Origin: Meyerozyma guilliermondii
Taxonomy: Eukaryota
Direction of reading: 5' to 3'
DNA: 64,000 nt
Assembly: GCA_051546255.1 (NCBI GenBank)
Contig: CP128815.1
Coordinates: forward strand, 1,116,001-1,180,000
The notes below the pieces were generated by a model. It ran no database searches. It worked only from the letters and a program-made list of their open reading frames with translations, and was not told the origin of the DNA. A program made the position numbers and the translations under genes. Shown here piece by piece: positions 11,096-21,332 of the stretch (its first letter is position 1; each line of letters starts with the position of its first letter).

Positions 11096-12325
11096 CTAAA
11101 ACGAACTCCATGTCCAGTCGGAGGGCACTCCATTAGAGGGCCGTCTATTGTCTGGCGACGGCTCCAGCGACTGTCTTTGAGCGGCCGGTTGTGGCATGGG
11201 AATGGGGGATTCTTGTGGGCTGGCGGTGTATGGGTTTTCCACAAAGATGTGGGTTAGGTTATTGTCTTTAGTAGTAATAGAAGTAGAGGCGGCTGCCACT
11301 AGTTTGGCATAATTCAGGCCGCAGTCCTTGCACACTTTGCATGCCTTGAATTGCGACGCATCGGCGTCTTGGCCGATAGGGATGACAAATCGGGCTAGTT
11401 TATCCAAGTATACTCGCTTTGAATCATCAGACGATGAAGTATATAAGCAATTGTAGCAGAAGATAAACCCACAGAATCGACAATGATGGCGTCGTTTGCG
11501 TTGTGGAGTGAAAAATGTCCCGAATGTATCGAAACATTTTATGCAATATGACGCATAGCTATTGGGTTTCCAGTGCATATGAGTGGGTTCGGCGGCATTT
11601 TTCGGGGAATTGTCTCCATCTGAAGTTGCAGGTGACTGACATACTTCTGGAAAAGGGTATGATTTGAACTGCAAGTATGGAGATGGAGGAGATGATCTGC
11701 TGCTACTGCTAGAATCATTGGCTCGAAGCACCGCTGGAACACTCATTGGTTTCTTCTGCTTATACAATTGTTGCACAACAGGACCTCGTTCTGGTTGACG
11801 TTCCTGGGTGGTGGCATTGCTGGATAGATTTTCGAGGGCTCGGATGAGCGCTTGTTGTTCTTGGGTCCGGTGGTTATCGTACATATTATTATTAATGGTG
11901 TAGTTGAGCATGGTTTTTGAAGGAGATTCTGGAAGGTCCAAATCGGAAGGAGCGGAAAACCTTCTTGTGGGTTGTGAGAGATCGAATGATGCTGGGAGGT
12001 ATTCTTTTTGGTACTGTTTTTGTGACACATCGGGTGGTTTCTCCCCTTCTTCAAGACTATTCTTCAGGGTTATTGATGGCAATTTTTGCAGGTTTCCATA
12101 AGTATAATGGGTCGAAAGTGTCATTCGAGGCGCCCGGATCTGCTGGTCAAAGTCCACCGCTTCAAAGATATCCGGGGGAGCAGCTTTAGGTTCACTTTTT
12201 TCATCTTGAACCACAAATGGCGAAGAAGATGGTTTGGGGATGATGTCAGAAATAGCCAGATGAGGGTGAGCAGGTGACTCTATTGGTTTCTTAGAAAACA
12301 GAAACGGGGGGAGTTCGTCGGACAT
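11096..12325 (-). CDS. PIB2: FYVE-domain TORC1 regulator, Pib2-like
   Basis: VPAVLR motif, FYVE finger (HWKPN..CIKC..RRHHCRFCG..CYNC..KVCKDC) and C-terminal tail VPSDWTWSSF resembling the Pib2 tail motif. Confidence 0.8.
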   Translation of the reverse strand: MSDELPPFLFSKKPIESPAHPHLAISDIIPKPSSSPFVVQDEKSEPKAAPPDIFEAVDFDQQIRAPRMTLSTHYTYGNLQKLPSITLKNSLEEGEKPPDVSQKQYQKEYLPASFDLSQPTRRFSAPSDLDLPESPSKTMLNYTINNNMYDNHRTQEQQALIRALENLSSNATTQERQPERGPVVQQLYKQKKPMSVPAVLRANDSSSSSRSSPPSPYLQFKSYPFPEVCQSPATSDGDNSPKNAAEPTHMHWKPNSYASYCIKCFDTFGTFFTPQRKRRHHCRFCGFIFCYNCLYTSSSDDSKRVYLDKLARFVIPIGQDADASQFKACKVCKDCGLNYAKLVAAASTSITTKDNNLTHIFVENPYTASPQESPIPMPQPAAQRQSLEPSPDNRRPSNGVPSDWTWSSF

Positions 12326-12524
12326 CGAAGAAAAGTACCCCTTGGTGAATCAAAGGAGGCTAATAAAATCGAACGTTTTGGTTATCTTTGCAGCTAGCAC
12401 CCCCTGCATGCATCGAAGGTTAGATTGATGCGCGCCATTTGATTGGCTGGAGATCAAAGGCGAAATGTAGCGAGGACGGTATAGAGGCGGGAATACGAGG
12501 GGAGCAGTATTATATCAATCTAAA

Positions 12525-12945
12525 TTAATCTTTCAATACGACATAGATGGCATACAAAATGCCCGGGAACCAGAAAAAGATACACAACACAATATCAATC
12601 CACAATGGAGTGGTGGCTCCTTCCTTCATGAACACCGCCAATGGAGGCAAGAAGAGCGCTGAGTTAGTATGAGCGATGGTCCATTATAAGTCCGAGGGTC
12701 TGCATGATGTTTTGGCTGTCTAGAATAAACAGCCAAATTGTCTATTCTTTCCGTTCCAGTCTCTGACCATCAAAGGTCTATTCCGTAGTTTATTTGTTTT
12801 GATTTTCTGTTTGACTTTGTTTTGACTTTTTTGACTTTCTGACTTTTTGACTTTTTGACTTCAATTCTTGTCATCTCATGAATTTCCCCGTACCCTCAAT
12901 TCCATACTTACCAATGATGAGCGCAACGATTTTATCAGCATCCAT
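12525..12945 (-). CDS. PMP3: Plasma membrane proteolipid 3 (UPF0057), 55 aa, two exons; not in ORF track
   Basis: Exon 1 12945-12912; intron 12911-12659 (GTAAGT...TACTAAC-TCAG); exon 2 12658-12525. Product MDADKIVALIIALFLPPLAVFMKEGATTPLWIDIVLCIFFWFPGILYAIYVVLKD. Confidence 0.93.
12798..12861. repeat. Degenerate TTGACTTT tandem repeat inside the PMP3 intron
   Basis: Six TGACTT units at 8-11 bp spacing plus one degenerate copy. Confidence 0.8.
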
Positions 12946-13281
12946 TTTCAGCACTGCAACAGTTCAAAAATATGTGGTAGATGTCTGTGAATTATAAATT
13001 CGTTGGGGTGACCAGCTTTCGCGCTGGGGTTTTGTGTCACTTTATACCCCCTATCCGCCGCGCACTTCCGCATCGGGGACGTTAAGATCATGTAGCGGGA
13101 AACTCGGAGGTTCTTCGAATGACAATGAATTAATCTCCGACTACGAGAAAGAAAAAATAAAATAACTACAACCCCAACAGTCATGTTATCAGGTTATACT
13201 CTCAACTGAAACCGTGTACTGCTATCAACGGTAACTACGTAATTCTCTCTGATTTCGATTCTCTCCTGCTTCGATCCAATT

Positions 13282-15393
13282 CTACTTTGACAACTTCATC
13301 TTGGCGGCTCCCCACTTTTCAAACCGCTCCCTCGTCTGCAAATCGGGTCGGTTCAACATCGCCTGGAACGCCGCAGAGTATGGGGCTTTGTCACGGATAG
13401 GTGGATTTGCAGCCTTAACTACTCCATAGTAGTTTTCATAAATATCACCATTATAGCGACCAATTGCCGAATTCAAGATCATATCGGGCTGCTGGAACGA
13501 GTCACTCAATATAATGGCATGAGGACGCAATGCTGTTAAAGTGGAAGGAATGGCTCTCAAGCTTACGCTAGCTTGCACTTGACCCAGCATGACATTATAG
13601 GTGAGAAATTCTCCAGCAAATGCTTGCAAGATGTTGACTTGGTAGTACAATTTGAGCAAAAGAACCAAAGCTTCTTCCAATTGGGTATCCTTGTTTTCCG
13701 CTACACGTTCAATGAACGTGAAAAGAGTATAGCGATGGCATTGCAACTTGGAAAGCAAAACACGAGTGTGACTAATACTATCCCAGTCATTGCCATTGTC
13801 ACTCAATGTGTTCAAGGCAGTTCCAGCAACACGAATAATCAACGTTTCCAAAGCTTCCAACACTTTTTCAGGACTTTCCACATCGGAATCTTGACCCAAA
13901 ACGTACTTGTCACTCATACCTTGACGTCCTCGAGACAAGTACGATAAAGAACCACTTATCAGCTTATTCTTTTGAACTGCAAGCTTCAAGTTGTTGATAA
14001 TAGTCTTACCAGCTGACATTCCCAATACGTTATTGTCACCTTCCCAAGTACATTGAACCACCCAGTCACCATAGGTTTTACCAAAACCATTGTACGATGA
14101 GTATCCAAGTCCACCACACAGCTGTCTTGCCTCGTTTATACAGTCGGCGGTGAGCCAGGTATAGGTAGATTTGAGAGACCCAGAGTCAACAAAGAGTGAT
14201 TTTGTTAGGGCAATTGACTGCTCAATGCCTTTTTTATCATTGTTGGCTACGGCCTTTTCAAGGTTTGCAACAATTTCTCCATGTTGAATTTCCAACTTGT
14301 TAGAACCCACCGCCATGGCATAAGCCAATGCAAGGTATGGTAAGAGTCGTTTCTGATGAAGTGGGTAATCAAGAAGCTGGGTTTCCTTACCATCGCGAGT
14401 ACTTTGACTTTTAAATTGACGTCTTCCCACGGCATATCTGAGAGCCACAGTGATGAACCGGGCACTCATACGATACGAGTCCACAGCCATCATCACTCTG
14501 CCTCCTAAAAGTGAGATATAAGACAATTGCTCCAATGGTGGAAGAGTAACCTTACCCTCAGCAGAAACTCGGCACCATTTTTGAAGCATAAAGAACCGAG
14601 GAATTCTCACATTGGAGTACTGGATCCACCCATTATCCACACCTTCACGGCCCATTTTGGCACCTATATCTCCCACACTAATACCGGGAAGCAAATCGTG
14701 GTTCGAGTCACGGAGAGGAACAACAAAAGTCTTGACTCCATAATCTTTACCATCGACAAGCAAACGAGCATATACCACCGAATGAGTGGCAGAATGCGCA
14801 GCACCACCTATCCACCATTTTGTGGCTCCAATGTGTGGAGTATTGATAACAAACTCATCCTTTTCCTTATCAAAAGTAGCGGTGGTTTCGCAGCCAGCAA
14901 CATTGGAACCATGGCCCAATTCTGTCATTCCAAAGCAACCGTACATTTGTTTCATAATGGCAGATTCATGATGTTTCGCCCAATACTCGTACTGGTCACT
15001 TGTACCATTGCCTCTAATACAGTTGAGAAATAATCCAAGATTAACACTGATACGAATTCCCATCGAAGGATCATAAATCGTCACAAGGTTCAATCTTCGT
15101 GCAAAATCAGACGCCGTATCCGTCTCAATGTACCTTGTCATTCTATTGATACGCATGGTAGTGAGCTCCCGCTGTTCCTCAAGGTCCAATTCGTAGTCAC
15201 GGTAACTCGCAGCCATTACCGGGTCTCTTTCCAATGAACTATACAACCTTAAGATTTGACTCGATTTTTCAGCGCTTCCCTCGATGAACCTGTGCATGGC
15301 CAATGGATCAATAGATGCATTTTCTCTTTCACGACGAAGAAGACTGGCAGGATCTGGAGGTGGAGCAAAGCTCACACTGTTTGTAGCCGACAT
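13282..15393 (-). CDS. Peroxisomal acyl-CoA oxidase (POX2/PXP2-like paralog)
   Basis: CFGMTELGHGSNV, KWWIGG, GAKMGREGVDNGW, catalytic TWEGDNN; ATG at 15393. Confidence 0.93.
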   Translation of the reverse strand: MSATNSVSFAPPPDPASLLRRERENASIDPLAMHRFIEGSAEKSSQILRLYSSLERDPVMAASYRDYELDLEEQRELTTMRINRMTRYIETDTASDFARRLNLVTIYDPSMGIRISVNLGLFLNCIRGNGTSDQYEYWAKHHESAIMKQMYGCFGMTELGHGSNVAGCETTATFDKEKDEFVINTPHIGATKWWIGGAAHSATHSVVYARLLVDGKDYGVKTFVVPLRDSNHDLLPGISVGDIGAKMGREGVDNGWIQYSNVRIPRFFMLQKWCRVSAEGKVTLPPLEQLSYISLLGGRVMMAVDSYRMSARFITVALRYAVGRRQFKSQSTRDGKETQLLDYPLHQKRLLPYLALAYAMAVGSNKLEIQHGEIVANLEKAVANNDKKGIEQSIALTKSLFVDSGSLKSTYTWLTADCINEARQLCGGLGYSSYNGFGKTYGDWVVQCTWEGDNNVLGMSAGKTIINNLKLAVQKNKLISGSLSYLSRGRQGMSDKYVLGQDSDVESPEKVLEALETLIIRVAGTALNTLSDNGNDWDSISHTRVLLSKLQCHRYTLFTFIERVAENKDTQLEEALVLLLKLYYQVNILQAFAGEFLTYNVMLGQVQASVSLRAIPSTLTALRPHAIILSDSFQQPDMILNSAIGRYNGDIYENYYGVVKAANPPIRDKAPYSAAFQAMLNRPDLQTRERFEKWGAAKMKLSK

Positions 15394-15451
15394 TGTGGGA
15401 TGGAAAAAAGTCTCAATTCTCCATGGCTTTATACTCTGCTTCCCCACCTTT

Positions 15452-15467
15452 TTTACCCCACATTTTC
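15452..15467 (-). promoter_or_regulatory. Mig1/CreA-type GC box with AT-rich flank
   Basis: GAAAATGTGGGGTAAA on the minus strand, with a second GTGGGG at 15442-15447; identical 16-mer at 18197-18212. Confidence 0.6.
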
Positions 15468-15524
15468 CCGAAACCCGGTAACTATGCAGAAGGAAGGGCC
15501 AAAATTACAAGCCGACATGTATTT

Positions 15525-15606
15525 AGCAGAATGTTAACAGAGGCTACCAAAGACTAGCAGAAGCTCACAGAAGCTCACAGAAGCTAACAGAAGCCAGCAG
15601 AAGCTT
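15525..15606. repeat. 10-bp-period tandem repeat (CAGAAGCTMA-like) between the two POX genes
   Basis: cagaagctca cagaagctca cagaagctaa cagaagccag cagaagctt, with degenerate copies to the left. Confidence 0.85.
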
Positions 15607-15771
15607 GTATGCTAACATCAGCTACTGAAAAGTCAGGGACTTTCACAAGCTTCTCAGGATCAGAGTGCACATAATCCGGAACCACCAGAATACCCACGGG
15701 TGTAGATTATGGTGATGGCGTGACAATTGTTTACTACGAAGCTCAATACATCATCTGTCATAGCATTTTAC

Positions 15772-17892
15772 TTACAAACCCTTAGATAAAAATTGTTTGG
15801 CCTGGCCAATCTTTTCAAATCTTTCTCTCTCCTCTTTGGCAGGTCTATTCAACATAGCCTCCAAACTGCCCGAGTAAGGAGCCTTGGTCTTGAATGGAGG
15901 ATTGTTAGCCTTAACGATACCAAAGTAGTTCTCGTAGACATTACCATCGAACTTTCCAATGGCAGAGTTGATAATCATATCGCTCAATTGGAAAGAATCA
16001 GTGTAGGTGATAACATGAGGACGAACCTCTTCACACAATTTTGGAAGGTTGATAGAGTTGTTTTCAGCCACAACCTTGGTGCTCAACACAGAGTAGGTCA
16101 AGAAATCACCGGCAAAACGGTCGATAATCATCGATGCAGCATACAATCTTCCAAGTGATAAAAGGTATGGCTTGAGTTCCAGGTTATCGTGGGTGTCCAC
16201 TCTGCGAATGTACTCTTCTAAAGCATAATGGTTAGCCTTCAACTTGGAAATAACCACCAATTGAGGAGAAACACTGTCCTGGTTTCCACCGTTGGCCTTG
16301 ATGGTCTTGACAGCATCAGCACCCAAACGCATAATCAACACTTCAATAGCAGTCAAAATCTTTTTCAAGTCTTGAAGGTCAGAAACGTTGCTGATGACTG
16401 GGGTTTCACCCAAGTTTTCCTTGGTATGGTTCAAGAACGAAGTGGATCCACGAACCTTCTTTCCCTTGTCAAGAACTTCCAGAATCAGTCTGACAATTGG
16501 CTTACCAACCGACATGGCCAAAACGTTGTTATCACCTTCCCAAGTACATTGCACAACCCAGTCGTTGTAAGCCTTTCCGAATCCAGAGTAGGACGAGTAA
16601 CCGTGGCCACCACATGCCTGTCTACACTGGTCGATAGCCTCGGCTCCGAGCCAAGTACTGGTCGATTTCAAAGAACCAGAATCAATAAATAAGGATTTCA
16701 TGCCATCGATGGAACGCATGATAGCTGGCATGTCGTTAGAAGCAACCGCGGCATCCAAGTCATCCAAAGTTTGCTCAATGGTGTGCTCCACCTTTAAGGC
16801 AGCTGCAGACAACACATAAGCCTGGGCCAAGTATGGGAATAATCTTCTTTGATGTAATGGATAATTGATCAATTGCGTTTCCTTACCATCAGAGCTACTG
16901 GAGCCCTTAAATTGACGTCTAGCCACGGCATATCTCAAGGCAATGGTAGACATCTTGGCCGACATACGGTAGGAATCGAGAACCATGGATACTCTTCCTC
17001 CCAACAAAGCCGAATACGACAATTGTTCCAATGGAGGTAATGTAACTTTACCCTCCTTGGACACCTTACAGAATTTTTGCAACATGAAAAATCTGGGCAC
17101 ACGAACATCGGAGAACTGGATCCATCCATTGTCAATACCATCTCTTCCCATCTTGGCACCAATGTCACCAACGGTCACACCGGGCATCAAGTCGTGGTTG
17201 GAGTCACGAAGAGGAACAACAAAGGTCTTGACACCGTAATCCTTACCCTTGACAATCAATCTGGCGTAGACACTACAGTGAGTGGAAGAATGAGCAGCAC
17301 CACCAATCCACCATTTGGTGGCTCCAATGTGTGGGGTGTTGATGACAAACTCCTCGGTGGCTTCGTCATAAGTAGCAGTGGTCTCCAATCCGGCAACATT
17401 GGATCCATGGGCCAATTCGGTCATACCGAAACATCCATAGATGCTCTTGAGACCGGCGGTTTCCTTGTTAAACGTCCAGTACTCGATTTGCTCGGGGGTT
17501 CCGTTACCACGGACACACGAAAGGAACAATCCAAGGTTGATACCGATTCTGGTGGCAACTTGTGGGTCAAAAAGACCAAACAAACTCATTCTAAGGTTGA
17601 AGTCTTTAGGATCATCATTCTCGATATAACGGGCCATCCTGTTGATTTTGACAGCAGTCAACTCACGCTGTTGTTCCTTGTTCAAATCATAGATACTGGA
17701 GTCGGAAGCAAGAACCGGGTCACGCTCCATTTGCTGAGTGAGTCTTTTAATCGCCTCAGCTCTAGCCTTCGATCCCTCCAAAAAGTAGTGCATTTGTACG
17801 GGATCGAACTTTTGGTTCTCCCGCTCCTGGCGGAAGGATGCCTGGGGGTCAGGACCAGGCAAAGAGGTCACAGTATTGGTAGAAACAGACAT
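15772..17892 (-). CDS. Peroxisomal acyl-CoA oxidase (POX4/POX1-3-like paralog)
   Basis: [35 protein letters not shown]; tandem with the 13282-15393 paralog. Confidence 0.95.
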   Translation of the reverse strand: MSVSTNTVTSLPGPDPQASFRQERENQKFDPVQMHYFLEGSKARAEAIKRLTQQMERDPVLASDSSIYDLNKEQQRELTAVKINRMARYIENDDPKDFNLRMSLFGLFDPQVATRIGINLGLFLSCVRGNGTPEQIEYWTFNKETAGLKSIYGCFGMTELAHGSNVAGLETTATYDEATEEFVINTPHIGATKWWIGGAAHSSTHCSVYARLIVKGKDYGVKTFVVPLRDSNHDLMPGVTVGDIGAKMGRDGIDNGWIQFSDVRVPRFFMLQKFCKVSKEGKVTLPPLEQLSYSALLGGRVSMVLDSYRMSAKMSTIALRYAVARRQFKGSSSSDGKETQLINYPLHQRRLFPYLAQAYVLSAAALKVEHTIEQTLDDLDAAVASNDMPAIMRSIDGMKSLFIDSGSLKSTSTWLGAEAIDQCRQACGGHGYSSYSGFGKAYNDWVVQCTWEGDNNVLAMSVGKPIVRLILEVLDKGKKVRGSTSFLNHTKENLGETPVISNVSDLQDLKKILTAIEVLIMRLGADAVKTIKANGGNQDSVSPQLVVISKLKANHYALEEYIRRVDTHDNLELKPYLLSLGRLYAASMIIDRFAGDFLTYSVLSTKVVAENNSINLPKLCEEVRPHVITYTDSFQLSDMIINSAIGKFDGNVYENYFGIVKANNPPFKTKAPYSGSLEAMLNRPAKEERERFEKIGQAKQFLSKGL

Positions 17893-17944
17893 ATTGATTT
17901 TTGATGCTACCGTTAAGTTCGAAAAAAAAACGACGGCCCCCGCA

Positions 17945-17999
17945 TTTTATAATTGGCACATCCGGCACCTGTGAGCCGAGGAATTGAGCTGAACCGAGG
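17945..17999 (-). promoter_or_regulatory. POX promoter: TATAAAA plus two CCGAGG (FarA/Ctf1-type) elements
   Basis: TATAAAA at 17951-17945 (minus strand); CCGAGG at 17976-17981 and 17994-17999. Confidence 0.65.
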
Positions 18000-18394
18000 G
18001 CCGGCGTGCGCGCACCGTGTTTCTCCATGGTGGGGAACTAATGACCACGCCACTAACCTACCGCTTCCGAAAACTTACGATTTGATTCGGACTAAACGGA
18101 TGTGACTCTGGCCATACTCTCGAACCTGACGCCACCTTTGTCGTCAGCTGGCAATAGGAATAACCGCGCTTGTCTGCAGGACGTGAATAATTATCATTTA
18201 CCCCACATTTTCAACGCGGCGGCATCGGTTGACAGCCGATGTCACACCACGAATGGCCAGATCATCAAACATAACTAAAGTACAAGATAATTGCAGCTCA
18301 TATGTAATGTCCGTATCGGATATTGATTGACTGTGTGCAGGTACACAGGGTCCATACATAAATCCTTGAGAAAGAATATCCGAACTAAAAGCAT

Positions 18395-19060
18395 ATGAAA
18401 TTAGGTACTATTTTGACTTGTGGCATACTTGCTTCGTTTACGCTTGCATTCGGTGGTGACGAGATTGTTTTGGAACGTATACCTGATGAGGACGAGGCGG
18501 CATCGATAGCTAGGACCCTTGTTGCGAGAGAGTCACTTGCTAATATCAACACATTCACCTCAATTCCAGGGAGAACCGGCCCAATTCCGGTGTCGTTAAT
18601 GGAGTACTATGCCGATTGTGACAATGATGGTGATCCATATTGGCTAGTTGTTGATATTGGTTCGACCAATCGAAATATTGCCCGTGGATCTTCATTTTCT
18701 TGGACAATTAGAGTAGGAGACCATCCTAGAAATGATGATGTGGATCCTAACTACCCTGGAGCTATTCCATCATCGCCCGCAGGGTCCCCTCGTATAAATT
18801 TGGTGGGTAGGTTAGAGAACGTCACCTTTTCCAACCCTCGCGAACTAATCAAATTAGAACGATGTTTTGTGGCCAGGCATCCAGATGCCAAGTATTGGCT
18901 CCCTTATAATCCTATTACTCCCCACAACTCTCACTGGACGAAATTCGTGGTGGAAGAGATTTATATGGTTGGAGGATTCGGGGACAGAGCATATATCGGC
19001 ACAATTGACAGCAAAAAGTACCACCAGGCGTCGACACTCCCAAATGAGATGAAGTACTGA
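18395..19060 (+). CDS. Secreted/vacuolar CREG-like split-barrel protein
   Basis: Signal peptide MKLGTILTCGILASFTLA; MEYYADC, RHPDAKYWLP and IYMVGGFG motifs typical of the CREG family. Confidence 0.8.
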   Translation: MKLGTILTCGILASFTLAFGGDEIVLERIPDEDEAASIARTLVARESLANINTFTSIPGRTGPIPVSLMEYYADCDNDGDPYWLVVDIGSTNRNIARGSSFSWTIRVGDHPRNDDVDPNYPGAIPSSPAGSPRINLVGRLENVTFSNPRELIKLERCFVARHPDAKYWLPYNPITPHNSHWTKFVVEEIYMVGGFGDRAYIGTIDSKKYHQASTLPNEMKY

Positions 19061-19734
19061 CTTCACGAGATTCTTTGGCTGCTACTGTATCTTTACATTG
19101 GCTTTAGTTCATTCGTTGAGCCCGAACAGGCGTTATTCATGAATAACGCTGGTGACGATGGCCCCTTGAGCCGATTTGCTGGCAACGTTTTTCAGCCAGA
19201 TCAAGTGGATTGTATCGCATGGATTTAGGAGAGTTTTCCGTAAACACAAATGAGGACCAAGAGCGGTTTGGTTGTGCGCTTCAATACTTTGAGTCTCTTC
19301 ATGTCGTATCAGTTTATGTGAAGCTCTGCAAAGTTATCAGTTTTTGACTTAAAGACGATGAAGATAAACATTATACTTAGTAACTGTATAGTCAAGGAGA
19401 GTCAACGACTGCTTAAAGCTCATATAGTTTAACTTGTTCGGTGCTGAGTGTGTCCTGGTATTATTCTTGATTTATGTGGTTGCAGCCACGGTCAACTAAC
19501 ACCTTAATCTCGGTCAAGGGGTTTAAATCCGCAACGCAAACAACCTCATCAGGCTGATTAGCATTCCATCTTGATCTTTCACAGGTTCTACATGCCATCA
19601 GGCTCGCAAATCTCATCCAATTCACTATGTACATACACCAAATCTTGGTGATCAACTCAATACACGCTTAGCTTGCACTAGTTAGCACTAGTTACAGCTT
19701 TACAGCAGTCTTCAACTTGACTCTTTTCAGTCAA

Positions 19735-19890
19735 CTACAATTGAGGAACCAACATGTCCATTAAAGGAGATTGGATGAAGGCAACACCAGCCACAAACAA
19801 ACCCACATTCACAGCGACGGTGAATGCAGGCATCTTCTTGATTTGGTCGAAAGTGGATTCTTGCTTTGGAGTTGGAACACGGCCAGACAT
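19735..19890 (-). CDS. TOM6: Mitochondrial import receptor small subunit, 51 aa
   Basis: FVAGVAFIQSPLMDMLVPQL is nearly identical to the yeast Tom6 C-terminus; ATG at 19890, 103 bp from the divergent RNA1 ATG. Confidence 0.93.
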   Translation of the reverse strand: MSGRVPTPKQESTFDQIKKMPAFTVAVNVGLFVAGVAFIQSPLMDMLVPQL

Positions 19891-19993
19891 GATTGAAGGT
19901 TTAAGTCTTTTTTTTCCGGCGAAATGGTGTTGCTGGTGGTCGGGTGCAGGTTTCCCTCGATATTGTGATTCAAAATGAGAACACAAAACGACG

Positions 19994-21238
19994 ATGGCTC
20001 TTTTAAAAGTGGACTTGGGAATCACCCCAGAGACAACTTATTCTTTGGCAGGGAAGCAGATCAAGTTTGACTCGGCGGATAGCGTCTCTGGTTATATTCT
20101 GGACCTTGTATCTCAAAAAAATGTTCAGAAAATTGATCTTTCAGGAAACACCATAGGCATCGAAGCGTCTGAAGCATTGAGTAAAGCCATAATAGCTCAC
20201 AAAGACACTCTTTTGGAAGTGGATTTGTCCGATATTTATACAGGGAGACTCAACACCGAAATTCCTCAGTCCTTGCAATACATTTTGCCAGCACTTTTGC
20301 AATGCTCTAAATTGCTGTTGGTAAACTTGTGTGATAATGCATTTGGTCTTCAAACCATAGATCCTATTGAGGACTACCTTGCAAAGGCGGTAACCATAGA
20401 ACACTTGATACTTTCCAATAATGGAATGGGTCCATTTGCTGGAGCAAGAATTGGTACCTGTTTGTTCAAGTTGGCCAAGGCGAAGCAGGCTGCTGGTAAA
20501 CCATCATTGAAGTCATTTATATGCGGTAGAAACCGGTTAGAGGATGGTTCGACCAACCATTTGTCAATTGGGTTGAGAAATCACAAGGATTTGCAGGTGG
20601 TCCGGTTGTACCAAAATGGTATCAGACCCAAGGGAATTGCCCGTTTACTTCGCGATGGGTTATCACGCAACAAGGAGTTGCAAATCTTAGACTTGCAAGA
20701 TAACACGTTCACAGCAAAGCCATCGGCTGTGTTAGCGGAAACTTTGGACCAGTGGCCCAAATTGAAAGAGTTGAATTTGAACGACTGTTTGTTGAAAGCC
20801 AGTGGTTCTCTTCTGCTCGCAGAAGCACTTTCCAAGAGTGAGTCAAAAACTCAGCTTGAAACCTTGCGCTTGCAATACAACGAGTTAGAGGAGGATGCAT
20901 TGAAAGTTTTGGCCGAAGCGGTCACTGCCAAGCTTCCCAACCTTAAGGTTCTCGAGCTTAATGGTAACCGATTCGAAGAGGACTCTCCATCGCTCGAGAA
21001 GATCAATGGCGTGTTTGAGGATAGAGGACACGGAGAAGTAGACGAACTAGACGATCTCGAGGAGATAGATAGTGAAGAAGAGGACGATGACGAAGAGTCG
21101 GTTGATGAAGCCGAAGAAGAACAAGAAGAAGTCGACTTGGACCAATTAGAAAAGGAATTGGCAGGCATAACCGTGGAAGACAAAGACAAGTCAGTGGACT
21201 CGCTTGCCGACAAGCTCTCCGGTGCTCATATTAATTAG
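19994..21238 (+). CDS. RNA1: Ran GTPase-activating protein
   Basis: Leucine-rich repeats (DLSGNTIG, LSNNGMGP, CGRNRLE, LYQNGIRP, DLQDNTF) and an acidic C-terminal tail. Confidence 0.95.
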   Translation: MALLKVDLGITPETTYSLAGKQIKFDSADSVSGYILDLVSQKNVQKIDLSGNTIGIEASEALSKAIIAHKDTLLEVDLSDIYTGRLNTEIPQSLQYILPALLQCSKLLLVNLCDNAFGLQTIDPIEDYLAKAVTIEHLILSNNGMGPFAGARIGTCLFKLAKAKQAAGKPSLKSFICGRNRLEDGSTNHLSIGLRNHKDLQVVRLYQNGIRPKGIARLLRDGLSRNKELQILDLQDNTFTAKPSAVLAETLDQWPKLKELNLNDCLLKASGSLLLAEALSKSESKTQLETLRLQYNELEEDALKVLAEAVTAKLPNLKVLELNGNRFEEDSPSLEKINGVFEDRGHGEVDELDDLEEIDSEEEDDDEESVDEAEEEQEEVDLDQLEKELAGITVEDKDKSVDSLADKLSGAHIN

Positions 21239-21332
21239 TAGTGTATGTTAGCCATCTCCATCTCCACCAACTGTAGCCGTGTGCGACTAGATTTCGCAGT
21301 TCACATAAAGAAGTACCTCGAGCCCAGGCTCA

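Noticed and set aside
17077..17904. 275-aa plus-strand ORF antisense to the POX gene (likewise 42591-43139 against ERG6 and 14527-15033)
   Set aside because: Shadow ORFs produced by codon bias of the sense gene; no recognisable motifs.
19553..19636. Intron-like GTATGT...GCTAAT-CAG and C/D-box-like motifs on the minus strand downstream of TOM6
   Set aside because: No upstream ATG exon or recognisable product; no canonical C box or rRNA-complementary guide identified.
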